This document shows, piece by piece, positions 1-10,123 of a DNA stretch of 64,000 nucleotides. How positions within the stretch are numbered: the stretch's first letter is position 1; the number at the start of each line of letters is the position of its first letter. Source of the stretch: Histomonas meleagridis 2922-C6/04-290x (Eukaryota; Protista; Parabasalia); NCBI GenBank assembly GCA_020184695.1, contig JAANOX010000055.1:197082-261081 (forward strand), written 5' to 3'. The notes beneath the pieces were generated by a model, which had not been told where the DNA came from, did not search any database, and saw only the letters and a list, made by a program, of their open reading frames with translations. The translations under genes and the position numbers were made by a program.

Positions 1-546
1 TAGAGTCGAATTCAGCAAAATTATCTTCATGTAAACAATGCTTATGATTTTTTGTCCAAACGCCATTTTTATCTTTTGCTAAACATATATTTATAATTTG
101 AATAAAAAAATAAGATGACATTAACTCTATAGAGTACTCAAAAGTGAGAAAGGATTTTCCTCGTACCTAGAAGTTAAAAAAATATAGGAATTGCTAAAAA
201 CAAATTAAACCATTTAATGGAATCCTTAGATCCTATCCTAAAAAAAATTATTAGGTATATAATTTTCCTTTATATTGACATTTTCACACAATGGCTTCAA
301 TTTAGTATAAAAACAATGTTATTAATATATAAAACAATTAATTTTTTTTTAAATATTATTAAAATACCATACAAATTTGACTGTGAATATCTTAATCTAA
401 AACTTCAAATTTTCCAATTTATATCATGATTTTTGTAAAAAACATTCTCACAAATTAATACACAGTAATTAGGAAATGGAAATATTTTAAAATTACAAAA
501 AGCACCAAAAAGTAACGCCATGTTTACTACCTCTCTCTATCTTTAT

Positions 547-1593
547 TTATAGCCATCTTCCCAAATTCTCTTTCTTTAATACGAATTTATTGTTTTCAAC
601 TCTAGAGAAAATTAATTGATTATTTAATTTGCATCTGTTTATATTCGAAACGAACGAAATTCCTCCGTCCCACTTATAGCATTTAGAGTTTATGTACAAT
701 CCCATAAAGTAATCTGGATAATACATAAACAAAGCATTAAAAACATTTTCTTCTCTGACAACGTTTTTACCTTGTGAAAGGTATAAGTCGTGAACTTTAA
801 AGAACATTTCTTTTGTTATTTTAATTGATTCTCTTCGACCACCAAAAAATCCGCCAATTACAACGTTAGCAAAATTCGGATCAAGTTCTTTTAGTGGCTC
901 ATAATCTTTGCCGGAAAGATATTGTACCTCATTAAGCTCAATTAAAAATTGTGGATGTGTTTTGAATATTTTCTCAACGCGCTTTTGATATGGTATTTGA
1001 AGGCCTGTGAAATTCGTCTTTTTATTTATCCCGACATCAATCCAAAATATGTATTTATAATCAGACGGAAAATTACTTACGTCTTCAAGTAAACATATTT
1101 TGGAATTCCAGATGGCGCCAAGGTTTTCACTTATAATAATTTTTTTTGAATTGTATTTTTGTGCAATTTCAACATATTGCTTTTTGTATTTTTGTATATT
1201 GCAAATGTCATAAGGTGATTTATACGTAAGGTTAATGTAAAGAGATCGTATGCTTGTGTTTAGTTGAAGTATTTCTAATCCTAATTCATTAGTATAAAGA
1301 TAAAAATCAGCTTCTTCTGATATCACTTTTAGAAGTTTGATGAAGCGTTCAATATAATATTCTATTGAATGCCTTTGAAGTTTTGATTCAGGAAAATAAT
1401 AAAAAGATGAAACATAAGCAATGTTTTTCTTTTTACCTTTGTTCTCTCCAATTTTGCTTATATTAAAAAAACTGTTTTTATTGGTGTACAAGAATGACAA
1501 AATATTATCCCTGCTAAAATCAATTGAAAAAAATTGATACATAAAATAAAACATAATCAAAAAAAGAAGGGATGGGTTAGAAAATTTGATCAT
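547..1593 (-). CDS. HtrL/YibB-like putative glycosyltransferase-type protein with N-terminal signal anchor
   Basis: ORF track 547..1698 starts at GTG; first ATG is at 1593 (MIKFSNPSLLFLIMFYFMYQFF hydrophobic anchor). Motifs FWIDVG, IGGFFGG and EENVFNAL resemble HtrL_YibB-type proteins. Family call is from motif memory only. Confidence 0.55.
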   Translation of the reverse strand: MIKFSNPSLLFLIMFYFMYQFFSIDFSRDNILSFLYTNKNSFFNISKIGENKGKKKNIAYVSSFYYFPESKLQRHSIEYYIERFIKLLKVISEEADFYLYTNELGLEILQLNTSIRSLYINLTYKSPYDICNIQKYKKQYVEIAQKYNSKKIIISENLGAIWNSKICLLEDVSNFPSDYKYIFWIDVGINKKTNFTGLQIPYQKRVEKIFKTHPQFLIELNEVQYLSGKDYEPLKELDPNFANVVIGGFFGGRRESIKITKEMFFKVHDLYLSQGKNVVREENVFNALFMYYPDYFMGLYINSKCYKWDGGISFVSNINRCKLNNQLIFSRVENNKFVLKKENLGRWL

Positions 1594-1849
1594 TTCCTGG
1601 TGAAGCCTTTTAGGATGTTTCAATTTCGTTTGTGGATACGTTGCTTTGTGTGTTGTTTCTGTTAAGTTAAGTATATTATTCAAAAAATTTGTGACCACAC
1701 TGAAAATGACTTAAACGTTCAAAAAAAGATATTTTCTGAAAAAATTTTTTTTCCAATTCAATAAGATGTAAAAAAATTTTTGTTTACTATCTCTACATGC
1801 AAAATTATTTATAATCAATGAATTGAATCATTTCTTTTTAATGTAAATG

Positions 1850-2694
1850 GGTCATCTATATCACTGATCGAATTTTTAAGTTACATCTATAGATTTAACC
1901 TTTATCAAATAACAGCTTCCTTCTACGTGTAATCCCATAAAGTCATTTGGGTAATGCATAAACAACACGTTAAATATGTTTTCTTCCCATAATGTTTTAC
2001 CTTACGAAAGATATAAGTAGTGAAGCGAAATAAATTTCTTTTACCTTCTTAATTACTTCTAACTTACCACCAAAAAAAATCACAAAGTAATATGTTAACA
2101 GAAGCAGGAAAAGAAGAATTGTGAGTGGATGACCAAAATTTTCATGTCATATCTTGCAGAACGATATTGCCTCGAAATCGTTCTACTTTCGAAAGTATTT
2201 TTTAGTTGTTTTTACGTATTTTTGTATTTTTGTAAGTTACGTATGTCAATTGGTGATTAATAAATAAGATTTATATACAGATTTCGTACATAAATTTTTA
2301 ATTAATGCAACTCTAATCCGATTGAATTATTGTGCAGTAAAAATCGGAATCTTCGGATTTAAGCGGAAGAAGCTTCGCAAATCGTTCTACATAATATTGT
2401 GCTCGATGTCTTTGAATCTTTCTGATTGTTAATAATAAAAAACAGAAACATAAGCAATTTCTTTTTTCCTTTGCCATTTCTCTTCGATTTTTCTTAGTTC
2501 AATAAGGTTCGTTTTGTTATTATTTGCAGATTGTATCAGATTTTGAAAGTTTAATTCAGTGATGAAATAAAAGGAATGGATAAGAAAAATGTTTTGATAA
2601 TATCGATGAAGGAATGCAAATTTTTATAAGCAAACTTTTGTTCTCGTACTTTTAAACAGTTTTTTTAAACACTTGTTTCTTTAAATAACCCCAT
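1850..2694 (-). pseudogene. Degenerate tandem paralog of the 547-1593 gene
   Basis: 1927-2040 aligns by eye with 697-810 (AATCCCATAAAGT..., CATAAAC..., TTTTACCTT..GAAAG.TATAAGT), and 2400-2480 aligns with 1365-1445 (GAAACATAAGCAAT). It has stops, frameshifts and an internal deletion. Confidence 0.75.
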
Positions 2695-2942
2695 GAATTA
2701 CCTAAATCTTTCACCAGATTGATCTATTTTTTTTAATAAAGAATTAAATTAATTTGTTTATAATACAGTAAAAGTTATGCCTTATTTTCATAATTAAATT
2801 ATACCAAATTTATGATATTTAATATTTACTCTCTCCATATAAAATTAATTAAACCTCATTTATATTTCTAATATTTATTATTATATAAGAGACATTTTAA
2901 TTTCGCTTTCTTCAGTTCGTTGTTCTTTTTGATCATTTCTTC

Positions 2943-4235
2943 TTAAGAAAATATTCTTTTCAATTTTGCGCACTTTTCTTTTCTTTTAATCGTTTTTTCT
3001 GCTTTATGGTGCAGTATAATTTCATCGAATTCGATTCCACCGAAACAATTTTGCACCACATTTGTTCTCAGGTTATACGGCGCTGATAGCCAAACAGCAT
3101 CGAACGCCTCTTGAAGCATTTTCACAAGGCTTTTTTCATCGAAGTTAAAATTTGGATTTTCAGTTTCTATTTTTGTGTATTTCTTAATTTCATCGATTGT
3201 CTTTTGTTTCACGTCATCTATATTCTTTTCCTTTTCGAATTCTTTCTTTGCACCTTCGATAAGTGTTCTAAATATCAATGAAATCCTCTTTGAAACGGTA
3301 TAAATATTATCGAACCAATCCTTAATAAATGCTCGAGCAATACCTAATGCTCCAGAGCAGACGATTATTGTTGCAATTGATATTGTGACTTCGATATACA
3401 GCTGTATTCAATGTACAACTTTCAGGAATATCATTGCTGAATAGCATTAAAATTAGTCGAATCATACAATCGATTTAACGTTACGTTACCTCGACATGTT
3501 TTATGTACATTCGATAAAAATTTGATTTTAAGACTATCGAATGCTTTGTCACCGATTTAGATTATTTCGTTTTTAGAAGTTTCCGTATCAAATCGAATTT
3601 CATCGAAACCTCCGCATAGCAAAAACGCATTTCTTCCAATATATGAAATGTTCTTTGGGAGTTCAAGATCTTGTGTGAAACCAGTGCAATAAGCGAAAGA
3701 AGAATCACCAATATAAGTTTGGTAATATTAATTTGTTTTTAAATCCATTGCAACTAAAGAATGCAAATGAACCTATGTATGTAACAGTATCAGGAAGACT
3801 AAGAATACCTTTTAAAGAAGAACATGAGAAAAATGCATTGTTCCCAATTTCTTTAAGATTTTTGGATTGGATTTCAAGTTGTCCATTAAAGCCAGTACAT
3901 TCAGAGAATGCATAAGCGCCAATGTATTCAACACTTGAGCCGACCACTAAAGAACCAGTGAAGGACATAAAGCAAACGCATGTTCATTTATAGTTATTAC
4001 TTTATCAGGAATAACTAAAGGTCCAGCAAATCCACAATTAGAAAATGCATATGCGCCAATTTCGATAAGAGAATTAGGCAAAACAAATGAACCACTTAAT
4101 GAACTACAACCAAGAAATACATATGATGAAATTATGGTCAGTTTGGTACTATTAGTAAAATCTAAAATTCCATTTAAACCTGTACAACCTGCAAATGCAT
4201 TCGGTCAGATAGATACAAGTCCTGATGGAAGAAAT
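2943..4235 (-). pseudogene. BspA-like (TpLRR) surface protein remnant with TM helix and cytoplasmic tail
   Basis: Repeats such as LPNSLIEIGAYAFSNC, LKEIGNNAFFSC and LPDTVTYIGSFAFFSC occur in different frames with stops. TM segment VTISIATIIVCSGALGIARAF (about 3330-3395) leads in frame into the 2943..3278 ORF. Confidence 0.8.
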
Positions 4236-4411
4236 ACAAAAAACAACATCAATCACCAACTTTTTGAATGAAGCTGATATTTAAGCGCATAGAATTTTCA
4301 ATACAAACGATCAAATTTCCCAAAAAAAGTGTTTGAACGTGTTGCAACACAAATATTTCAGAAAAATTCACTTACTTTGTTCAAATAAAACATAATCAAA
4401 TTGTTGAACTT

Positions 4412-5353
4412 TTAGAATCCTTTGATGAGGTAGTACAAGAGAGCCATTTCAGCCCACATCCTGTTTTCTGCTTCATCGAAGATGACGCTTTGTGGACCAT
4501 CAATAACTTCTGCGGTGACTTCATCACCACGAACAGCTGGAAGGCAGTGAAGGAATAAGCAATCCTTTTCAGCCTTTGCCATTAATTCAGCGTTAACTTG
4601 ATATGGTTTGAAGACCTTACGACGTGTTTCTAATTGTTCTTTTGGAATGTGGTATGAAAGAATTGTATCAGTGTAAACAACATTAGCGCCCTTGATAGCT
4701 TCATCAATGTTGTGTGTGCAAAGAAGTTTACCACCAGTCTTTGCATTAAGTTGGTTGCATTCGTCAATGACTTCTTGTTCAATAGCATATTCTTCACCTT
4801 CTGGTCCACAAACATGGCATTCAAGGCCTAATAAAGCGCATGTTCTCATAAGATCATATGTAACATTGTTTGCAACATCACCGAAATAGGCAAGAACTGT
4901 TCCCTTCAATGATCCACGCTTTTCAAGGATTGTTTGGAAGTCAGCAACCATTTGTGTTGGGTGAGCAAAGTCATCAAGACCATTGATAACTGGAATCTTT
5001 GAATTAGCAGCTAATTCACGAACATCAGCACGTTTGTTCAAACGAGCCATGACAACATCGACCATACGTTCAAGAACGTGTGCTGTATCAGCAATTGTTT
5101 CTTTCTTGCCAAGTGGTGAATCAGCAACGCTATACATGATAGCATGACCACCCATCTTTGTCATACCTGTTTCGAAAGAAACACGGGTACGAAGGGATGG
5201 TTTTTCGAAGAGCATTAATAAAGTCTTTTGTTCAAGTGCATGGGAATAATTTTCTGGATGGGCCTTCATTTCGATGGCGAGTTTAAGGATCTTTTCAACT
5301 TCTTCAGCTGTTAAAGATGTGATTTTGAGGACATGGCGGCAAGGCACAGACAT
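4412..5353 (-). CDS. OCT: Ornithine carbamoyltransferase (arginine dihydrolase pathway)
   Basis: Motifs FEKPSLRTRVSFE, HPTQ, GDVANNV, HCLPA and DEAENR; loop TDTILSYH. Second ATG (5353) preferred because an initiator-like TCACTTCACTT lies 8-18 nt upstream. Confidence 0.95.
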   Translation of the reverse strand: MSVPCRHVLKITSLTAEEVEKILKLAIEMKAHPENYSHALEQKTLLMLFEKPSLRTRVSFETGMTKMGGHAIMYSVADSPLGKKETIADTAHVLERMVDVVMARLNKRADVRELAANSKIPVINGLDDFAHPTQMVADFQTILEKRGSLKGTVLAYFGDVANNVTYDLMRTCALLGLECHVCGPEGEEYAIEQEVIDECNQLNAKTGGKLLCTHNIDEAIKGANVVYTDTILSYHIPKEQLETRRKVFKPYQVNAELMAKAEKDCLFLHCLPAVRGDEVTAEVIDGPQSVIFDEAENRMWAEMALLYYLIKGF

Positions 5354-5360
5354 GTTATAA

Positions 5361-5371
5361 AAGTGAAGTGA
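5361..5371 (-). promoter_or_regulatory. Trichomonad-type initiator (Inr, TCA[C/T][T/A]), tandem copy
   Basis: Minus strand reads TCACTTCACTTTTATAACATG directly before the OCT ATG. Confidence 0.6.
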
Positions 5372-5989
5372 ACTGGTCATCGTTTTATTTCAATTTTCAA
5401 ATATTTGACCAATTAGAGACATTGTTTTGAAATATGAATATCGTTGAATAAAATTCTTTAAACTTTATATAAATTGTAAAATTTTTACTATGTAAAAATT
5501 TTGATAAAATTAGAGTGTTATTAATTTGTAATGTTTATTAATATCTGGAAAAATATGTTTTTAATCAATTTGTGTGAATTGAATTCACAAAAACGATAAA
5601 TAATCCACTTACAAATTCTGAATCACACAAACCATAGTTTTTGTAAGTTTCATCAAGTTTTTCAAGCTTTATATTTAGAAAATAGGCATTCTACAATAAT
5701 GCAAAGATTAAATTAAAGTTTGGTTAAAATAATTTATCGCAATTATGTAAATGCAATTTATCATAAAAAATTTGTTAATTAATTATTATTTTTATATGGT
5801 GTAATTATATCCTATAAAAGAAGGAATATATAAAACAAAAATAATGGCCAATAAAGTTGAGTTAGGAGAAATCATTTTTAAAAATGTGTTTCATTAAAAA
5901 GCAATAAAATAAAAAGAAATGTTAAAAATAAATTGGTAAAAAAATTCCTGGATAGTTTCAAACTGGAAAGTGAATAATATGTTATGAAA

Positions 5990-6730
5990 TTCAAAAAGAT
6001 GATATTTAATCAAGAAACATGATAGGCGTAATGAAGGATATTTTTTAAGGAAAGAGTCAATCCAAATGATCATGTGAAAATAAATCTAAACAATGAAATA
6101 GGAAAACTTCAAGAATTACCAACACAAAATAATTTTGATTACCAAAGTCTTTGATTCTTTAAACATCACTAAAAATGCAAATTTATTAATAAAAATCGTA
6201 TCGCATTAATTAACGCAGCATTTTTTTCTACAGTTAAATGTTTTAAATAATTGTTATTAAATGGATCTAATATAGAAAACACAGGTAGTTATGCAAATAC
6301 AAGTAGAAATGAAGAAATCATTCATTTGTGTAACAAAATTACTCAATTTTTGAAGATTTATACACCTATGAAGCAACATTTAAGTTTCATCGAAATTATT
6401 ATATCTTAATTAATTATATTTTTAAAACAAGTTAGAATAAAATAGTATTTTAGAAGAATTCGGAATTAATTGTATTTTCTATTATATTCATGAAATATTT
6501 TTATCTTTACAAAAAGTAGGAATGAAAAATAATGAAAATATTATTAACGGATGATCATCACATGGACAAAGTATTCATAATGTTGATTTGTAAGATATCA
6601 ACATTTTTACTCAACTTAAAAATCATTGTAGCTTAACATCAATAATAACAGCCTAATAGATATTCATAACATTAAAACGAAGGATTTAATCCAAACGAAA
6701 TTGGAAAACTTCAAAAATATCGAATCATCA
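5990..6730 (+). pseudogene. Decayed DUF3447-type ankyrin gene fragment
   Basis: Translates in pieces to NEIGKLQELPTQNNFDY and AFFSTVKCFK*LLLNGSNIENT...NEEIIHLCNK, matching DDLEELQEISTQNSFNF and AFFGSVKCFKFLLINGSKVQNT...NIEIIHLCEQ of the 15035..16174 ORF. Confidence 0.7.
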
Positions 6731-6820
6731 CTTTACTAACAATTTCGATCAAGAACGCATTTATAAATGAAGAAATGTATAAGTCAAAACCCCAATTAAA
6801 AGTAATAATGAAAACATATT

Positions 6821-8587
6821 TTATTTGGACAGCTTTGAAGCTTCGAGTGCTTTTCTCGCGGCGTTTCTCTTTTGTCTCTTTTCCTTTAGTTTCTGCATCT
6901 TCGTGAAGAATATAGGATCGATAACGTGTCCGAAGCTTGCCCTCATATTTGGCTGTATGAGAGTCTCGTACCCGCTTACTGAGTTGAATTCGGGGCCGAT
7001 TGGGTATTTCATCTGTGCCTCGAGTTGCTTTGCGTTTGCATAGAATCTTGGGACATCTGGAACGGAATATTTGGAAACTGCTATATCTTGGCCTTCGTGG
7101 ATCATTACATGTGGCATTTTTGCGTCCTTTCTTTCTCGTAAAGCTTCTTCAATTATCTTATTTCGTTTGGATTCAAGAGCTTGTCGCCTTCTTTTCGCTC
7201 CTTCTGATTCTACTCCATCTGGTCCAACCCATGAACCCCATCCTTCGATGAAGAGTGAGTCCATTTCTGGAAGATCTTTCTCTGCTTCTTTTGCTGCTTG
7301 CGCTTCTTTCTCTTTTTGGAATTCCTCAGTTAGGCCAAATGCATCCGCCATGATTTCCCTTTGCTCTTCCTTCTTAGAAAGATTAAGACGGTCTTCCGCA
7401 GCTCTGAGCTCGTCTGGGGTGGGCTGATGGAATGACGTGGCGGTTACAAACCGGCGCTTTGGCCGTTTTTTCTGGAGCCATGGATTTGTTTCCTCTTTCT
7501 CTGTTGTTTCCTGCGCTTCTTGTTTGTCATCCGCTTGTGGGGTAGGCTCAGGAGTTTCAGGCGCTTTTGGTTTATCAGATGATTCTTGTTTTTGTGTATC
7601 AACTTTTTCTTGTTGAACATTATTTTCGAGGATTGGCTTGATGTTGACAATACCAGTTGAAGGAACTTGCTCAGCTTCACCTGTTGCATTGAATGCTTTT
7701 TCTAATTCTTCAAATTCTTTTTGTTTACGTTCTTCTGCTTCACGCATAAACTTCATGTTGAAAAGCTTACTAAGCTTTTTGTCGGTCTGAACTGGGTTTT
7801 CTGGAAGTGGCTTTTCTTCTTCGTCATCATCAGATTGACCAAATCCTTGGATTTTCTTTGTAAGTTCTTCACCAAGACGAAGCTGTTCTTCATATTGCTT
7901 CCTTACATCTTCGCTGGCGGATTTTAGACCACGTGCAAGAACTCTTCTTACCCATTGAGATGTGTTTTTATGTCGGAGAGTGGCTCTCTCTTTAGCTCTT
8001 TCTGCTTCTATCTTTTTGAGCCTGGCTTGGAATGCTTCTGGATCAACTTCAGCAAGTTCTTCGAGAGATATGTCGGCCATATCTTTTTTATGAAGTCTTT
8101 TGAATGTTTTTGATTTGATCTTCTTCCACCTTTTGGCCTTCTGTTCGTTGTAAAATTGAAGGCTTCGGAGTTTAGCCAATTGTTCGACTCTCATTCTCAT
8201 TTCTTCTTCTGATAAATGTGCCATTGCTTCATCTTCAAGAGTTTGTTGTGATTCACGTGTAAGCTTTTCTTTTTCAAGGATTGCGTCTATTTCGGATCCT
8301 AATTCTGTTTTAATAGGAGTAAAACTATTAAATTGAAGTTTGTCGTCATCATTTTCAAAGCTGATTGTTCTATTACTTTGAACTTCATTTACAACAGGCG
8401 CCCAAGCGGAAACATTTTCTTTTGCAATTTCATAGTTTGCAGATAATGCCGCTCTTTTAGATGCAGCCTCTGAAGTTTCTTGGAGAGGTTTGACTGTTTG
8501 TTCGGCCATACGCTTTAAATCACCATATTCATTTGTATCATCTAATACTGTAACAAGATCATTAATTGATATTTCTTCGTCACTCAT
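6821..8587 (-). CDS. UTP14: U3 snoRNA-associated protein 14 (SSU processome)
   Basis: 588 aa; YNEQKAKRWKKIKSKTFKRL, RATLRHKNTSQW, GWGSWVG and PIGPEFNS are Utp14-family motifs. Confidence 0.9.
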   Translation of the reverse strand: MSDEEISINDLVTVLDDTNEYGDLKRMAEQTVKPLQETSEAASKRAALSANYEIAKENVSAWAPVVNEVQSNRTISFENDDDKLQFNSFTPIKTELGSEIDAILEKEKLTRESQQTLEDEAMAHLSEEEMRMRVEQLAKLRSLQFYNEQKAKRWKKIKSKTFKRLHKKDMADISLEELAEVDPEAFQARLKKIEAERAKERATLRHKNTSQWVRRVLARGLKSASEDVRKQYEEQLRLGEELTKKIQGFGQSDDDEEEKPLPENPVQTDKKLSKLFNMKFMREAEERKQKEFEELEKAFNATGEAEQVPSTGIVNIKPILENNVQQEKVDTQKQESSDKPKAPETPEPTPQADDKQEAQETTEKEETNPWLQKKRPKRRFVTATSFHQPTPDELRAAEDRLNLSKKEEQREIMADAFGLTEEFQKEKEAQAAKEAEKDLPEMDSLFIEGWGSWVGPDGVESEGAKRRRQALESKRNKIIEEALRERKDAKMPHVMIHEGQDIAVSKYSVPDVPRFYANAKQLEAQMKYPIGPEFNSVSGYETLIQPNMRASFGHVIDPIFFTKMQKLKEKRQKRNAARKALEASKLSK

Positions 8588-8934
8588 CCTTTTGGTCGAC
8601 CAGATTTACTCCAAATTCTTGGTCGAGTATAAAAAAGTGCACATGACATATGACATGAAATTATCTCATCATTTTTTACAATTTTACAACTTCTAGAACA
8701 TATATGAATAAATTTTTTGTACGTATAAAAATATTTTTTATAGAGAATAAATTTTTATGTAACAATTGATGTATAAAGTGATTAGTAATGTGAAGATTCA
8801 TTTAACTTTTTTTTGAATGCATTTTGATACGAAATTCTCAGAATTATCTATCGTTAAAATATTTTTCTAAGTGATTTTCCAACAAAATAAATTTATTTTA
8901 TGTTTTTTATTGTTTAATTATAAGTTTCTTTTAA

Positions 8935-9786
8935 TTACGAACTTTGTTGTTCGTTTTTAATTACGATATCAGCATTGACACCATCGATATCTTTGATGAT
9001 TTCTCCAACAGATGGAACTTCTATGCGTCCGGAGTATGGGTTCTTGATGCTGATGACTGGTGTAGTGATTGTTGCTTCGACATCAGATCGTTCAAAGCAT
9101 AAGTCAGCATTTAACATTTTACAGTTGATAACTTTTAAGTTTTTGCAATAACAGAACGGCTGCGTACCAGTGATTGTGCAGTTGATCAATGTAAGATTTT
9201 CTGAATACCATGCAAGATATTCGCCTTTAACATAACTATCTCTTACAGTGACATTCTTTGTATGCCAAAATGCATCTTTTGTATCAAATTGACAGTTTTC
9301 AAATTCAGCATTTTCTGAATATTGGAATGAATATTTTCCTTGCATTTTCAAATTTGTAAACTTTAGGTTTTGGCAACGCATCATAAAGTATTCACTTTGT
9401 GCAGTGCAATTTTTCATCTCGATATTTTTGACAAACCATCCAAATTCTGGAGAAATTATATCACAATTATCCATGACAACATCACTGCATTCTCTCAATG
9501 CTTTAATTCCATGCATCTCTGTGTTAGTGATTTCAATATTGTCTGAATACCATATTGCTGCTCTACAAAGTTCAGTCATCTTCGAATCATTGATTTTTAA
9601 TCCATGAACATGCCAGAAAGGGTAACGTAAGTTAAAGAATGAGTTTTGAACTTGTACATTACTACTTTCTTTCATTGCACTTTCTCCATCTGCAGGACCA
9701 TCAAAGGAACAATTCTTGACGATGATATCTTTTGATCCATAAAGTGCACGTTCTTCGTCAAACTTTTGATTTTCGAAAGTCTTCAT
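8935..9786 (-). CDS. DUF3737-family beta-helix protein, bacterial-type
   Basis: 283 aa; EERALYG, DGESAMKES, LRYPFWH, CRAAIWYS, DTKDAFWH, GEYLAWYS, GTQPFCYC and DLCFERS match the bacterial DUF3737 pattern. Confidence 0.85.
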   Translation of the reverse strand: MKTFENQKFDEERALYGSKDIIVKNCSFDGPADGESAMKESSNVQVQNSFFNLRYPFWHVHGLKINDSKMTELCRAAIWYSDNIEITNTEMHGIKALRECSDVVMDNCDIISPEFGWFVKNIEMKNCTAQSEYFMMRCQNLKFTNLKMQGKYSFQYSENAEFENCQFDTKDAFWHTKNVTVRDSYVKGEYLAWYSENLTLINCTITGTQPFCYCKNLKVINCKMLNADLCFERSDVEATITTPVISIKNPYSGRIEVPSVGEIIKDIDGVNADIVIKNEQQSS

Positions 9787-10123
9787 ATCTATCTTGCTTT
9801 TAGATTATTGAAGTTAGTTGTTCCGTTATTGCGAACAGAAATTTCAACGTCATTCGATAAAATTTCGAATACTTTACATATGCACAATTACACAAAATTG
9901 AATTTCCTATAAATTTCCACAAGGAGCATTGAAAAAATTTTGTCGAAGCAATATCCAAGTAAACTTATGAAAATTGACTACTAGTAAATCAACCAAAATC
10001 TTTGGTTGTAAATTTGAAACCGTTTTAATTGAATGCGTATTGATCGTCGCATCAAGTTTGATGTGTAAATAAATTTCATTTCATTATTATTAAAAACGAT
10101 TCATTGTATATTTAATAATTACA

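Noticed and set aside
6825-7927. Several short ORFs overlapping UTP14; similar ones overlap OCT, crooked-neck, CFAP61, HECT, cactin and Furry-like genes
   Set aside because: Antisense or alternate-frame shadows of well-supported genes.
9517-9528. ACTAACACAGAG, close to the trichomonad intron 3' motif ACTAACACACAG
   Set aside because: It lies inside the uninterrupted DUF3737 frame (ITNTE) with no matching 5' splice site needed.
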